From NCBI GenBank assembly GCA_965112735.1, contig OZ218961.1, positions 3,162,001 to 3,226,000 on the forward strand: a stretch of DNA of 64,000 bases, in the 5' to 3' direction. Below are positions 61,632-64,000 of the stretch, one piece after another (position 1 is the first letter of the stretch; every line of letters begins with the position of its first letter). The position numbers and the translations under genes were made by a program. Source of the DNA: Phaeosaccion multiseriatum. Taxonomy: Eukaryota; Protista; Ochrophyta, other classes. The notes beneath the pieces are model-generated. The model saw only the letters and a program-made list of their open reading frames with translations, had not been told where the DNA came from and ran no database searches.

Positions 61632-62325
61632 GCCCGTTTGCCCACAGACCTTTACGTCTGTCCGTCATGGACTCCCCTGCCCTCCCTTTGACTCTCTCAT
61701 CGCTTATCTTACCCTCGCCGTGTGTGCTTTTCGCCTGACCGTTGCCCTGCCCCTGCTGTATTACCAACCGCTGCAGCTGGGCGTGAGTCTCCTGTTGCGG
61801 ATGCTCAGCACTGTCGCTGTGCTTGACGAGGGCTTCACAGATACAGAGGTGAGGCACACACACTCAGAGAAAGAGAGAGAGTTAAGACACCGAGTGAGGG
61901 AGACTGGGGGAGGGGAGAGGGAGAAACAGAAAGAGAGAGCGAGAGAGAGAGAGAGAACGAGAGAGAGAGTGCTGAGAGAGATAGAGAGAAAGAGAGAGCC
62001 AGAGAGAGAGGGAGGGGGGAAGGGGGGGGGGGGGGTTCATGGGCGAGGGCCGAGAGGCGCGAGTTCGTAGCAGTACGTAGCAGTATTGGCCCCCCTTCCC
62101 CTTGGCTTTCATTCAGCCCCCTCCCCCCCCCCCCCTCTTCCCCCTCTTCCCCCTCTTCCCCCTCTTCCTCCTCTCAGATCGTGAAGCGGTTAGAGTTCTC
62201 TAAGCGCCTGTCGGTGGCGTTTTTGGAGCATGCACAAGTAATCGCCAAATTCAAGAGGTTGGTCAGGACATGGTCAGGACAGGTCGTTGCTTTGGCCTAG
62301 GCTTGGCCTTGTCACACGCACACAA

Positions 62326-62364
<39 letters not shown>

Positions 62365-62959
62365 GAGAGAGAGAGAGAGACATGATACACACACGTGCAC
62401 ACCTTTTGGCTTGTCTGTTTGTTAACGATCGCTTGTCTGTTTGATAACGATGGATCGCAGGTACCCGCACCGCAACAAGGCCGAGGGGAGGAGCACGTCT
62501 CTTGAGGTTCGTGCTGTGCTGAGCCCTTCCTTGTCTTTCCTTTTCATTTCCTTCCCGCTCCTTCCCTTTGCCCTCCCTTCCCTTCCCTTCCCTTCGCGGG
62601 TGTGAGAGTTGCTCTGTGATGATGACGTGGTGTTGTGCGTGAGAGAGTGAGTGCGTGAGTGCGTGAAAGTGCGCGTGAGTAATGTCAGCCATCTACTCCT
62701 CAGTTGTGAAGTACCTCATCCACGCGTCGAAGCAAGTTTGGCTTGACCTGGCCTGGCCTGACTTGGCTTGGCTTGGCTTGGCTTGAAAGCGATAGAATGG
62801 AGGCACCAACGCCCGTACCCCCCCCCTCTTGTGTCGTTGTGCCAGGAGCGCATCTGGCTCGCCAGCGACATCGTGCCGATCTGGGCCAAGAGCCAAAACC
62901 CCAGCGACGCCAAGTCCCTGCTCCCTGCCATCCCCCTCAAGAAGCTCATCAAGCGCTAA
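54476..62959 (+). CDS. Multi-domain protein: N-terminal helical domain + 2 DEP domains + DUF924 (COG3803), multi-exon
   Basis: DEP2: [30 protein letters not shown]|[19 protein letters not shown]1: [37 protein letters not shown]924: FDQISR..FRGT..AF..D, LPLEHSE..DQ, H..VI.KF.R|YPHRN..GR.T..E. Confidence 0.82.
57283..57404. repeat. Tandem array of GATGGCAGTGGAT units, intronic
   Basis: About 9 degenerate copies. Confidence 0.85.
57662..57880. repeat. (CAT)n/(CAA)n microsatellite, intronic
   Basis: Direct inspection. Confidence 0.9.
58973..59200. repeat. 16-bp minisatellite (TTCTGTGGTGTCYAGS) x~14, intronic
   Basis: Tandem copies. Confidence 0.9.
59636..61330. repeat. 1.7-kb (AAGGTAGG/AAGGCAGG)n octamer array starting at a splice donor
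   Basis: About 200 units beginning at AAG|GTAAGAAGGTAGG, with an internal higher-order duplication. Confidence 0.95.
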
Positions 62960-64000
62960 AGTGACGTCATGTCATCTCATCTCATCAAGCGTCAACAAGT
63001 CAATGGCCCAGGCCTAGGCCATTTTCCAACCACAGACAGGCGTTACTGTTGTTACTGTCGTTTAGTAGGTAGGTAGGTTAGGACCGATAGAAAGGAGCAC
63101 TTACAAGTGGGTTTAGCGCATGATTGAAAAGCAAGGACGCAAGCGTAACTGTAGCAGAGGGAGGGGAGAGGCTGCTGCCAGGCAGTAATCCTTACGTGCT
63201 ATTAAGTAATCTTTACGTGCTATTACGTGTATGTGTACGTGCCGTACGTAACTAGCACCGCATCCCAGCGACGGCAGCAGAAGGCGTGGGAACTGCTGCG
63301 CGGCTGGGGGAGAGGATGGCAGTGGATGGAGGTGCGTTCCTCCTTCCTCGCTGCGATGAGAGGCAGGGCTCCTGAGCCCTGTGCTTAACCTTCCTTCCTC
63401 CTCCATCCACTCCCCCTTTCTTCTTTCCATTTCTTCTTCCTTCTCTTCTTTATTCTTTACTGTAATAGAACTATGAGGTTAGATTGGTGACCTTCCCCTC
63501 TTCTTTCAATCCGACCCTCTAAAGCTTGCCCCCTTCCCCCCCCCTAAAGCATGGCAAGGTGTGGAGCTGTTCGTCGCCCACCCCTGTGCCCATACGCCTT
63601 TGTGCTCTCTGTTGCTGTCCAAGTACATACTCAAAACTGCCTTGGCAAACGCACGCCTGTGCCCTATCCTAACAACTACCCTGTATCACCAACTGCCCTG
63701 CCTAAGTCTGCGCTCTCAACTCGCCTTGTCCGTGTTTGCATGTGTAGGTTGGTCCCATGCCCGTATTCCCTTGGATGAACAGGCCTTGTCTCACGCGTGT
63801 TCATCAACACAGGACAGACGTACGGCTAAAGTTCAAGTTCCAAACGCAAACATGAGCTCTTCAAAGGAGCTTCTTCCTCAATCAAGGTGACACAGCAGAA
63901 CATCTTTTTTTCCTTCTGTGTATCCGCCACCCCCTTGGAGGCTTCATTACAGCCCCTCCCCTCCCTTCGAATCGCACACGCGCACTCACGCCGCCATAGT

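Noticed and set aside
59444-61863. 591-aa and 409-aa (LPSY/LPAF)n ORFs
   Set aside because: Translations of the intronic octamer satellite.
62960-64000. Possible first exon ATGGCAAG|GT at 63551, and RNA genes
   Set aside because: Too short to support. No tRNA, rRNA or snRNA signature was recognised here or elsewhere in the window.

Overview
GC-rich, intron-rich eukaryotic nuclear DNA, most likely a photosynthetic stramenopile (ochrophyte). Several proteins carry a signal peptide followed by an ASAF-type plastid-targeting motif, and the (GAGG)n/(CA)n-filled introns are eustigmatophyte-like (low-confidence taxon call). About 16 genes can be reconstructed by manual splicing: VPS9-domain protein, TAM41, bestrophin-like (UPF0187) channel, plastid PPR, PPPDE/DeSI peptidase, cyclophilin, RlmL-like THUMP methyltransferase, intronless bacterial-type double SnoaL protein, HVA22/REEP, FKBP12, TOM40, STI1/HOP, MOSC protein, ChaC, a ~30-repeat PPR protein and a DEP-DEP-DUF924 fusion. 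There is also a PPR pseudogene. Most notable observations: (1) the large PPR gene contains 22 near-identical 105-bp units whose variation is concentrated at the RNA-specificity residues and is shuffled mosaically; (2) two different MITEs share TCGGCCCC termini and a 6-bp TSD and sit inside purine-only simple repeats; (3) a perfect 113-bp-arm fold-back of a CRE/RLE-type retrotransposon fragment lies just after a gene stop codon; (4) a 13-mer, GTTGGTGATACAG, is strongly over-represented in CAG tracts; (5) genes form eight consecutive head-to-head pairs, broken only by the putative HGT gene. Exon boundaries and family calls come from motif recognition by eye, not from database searches.
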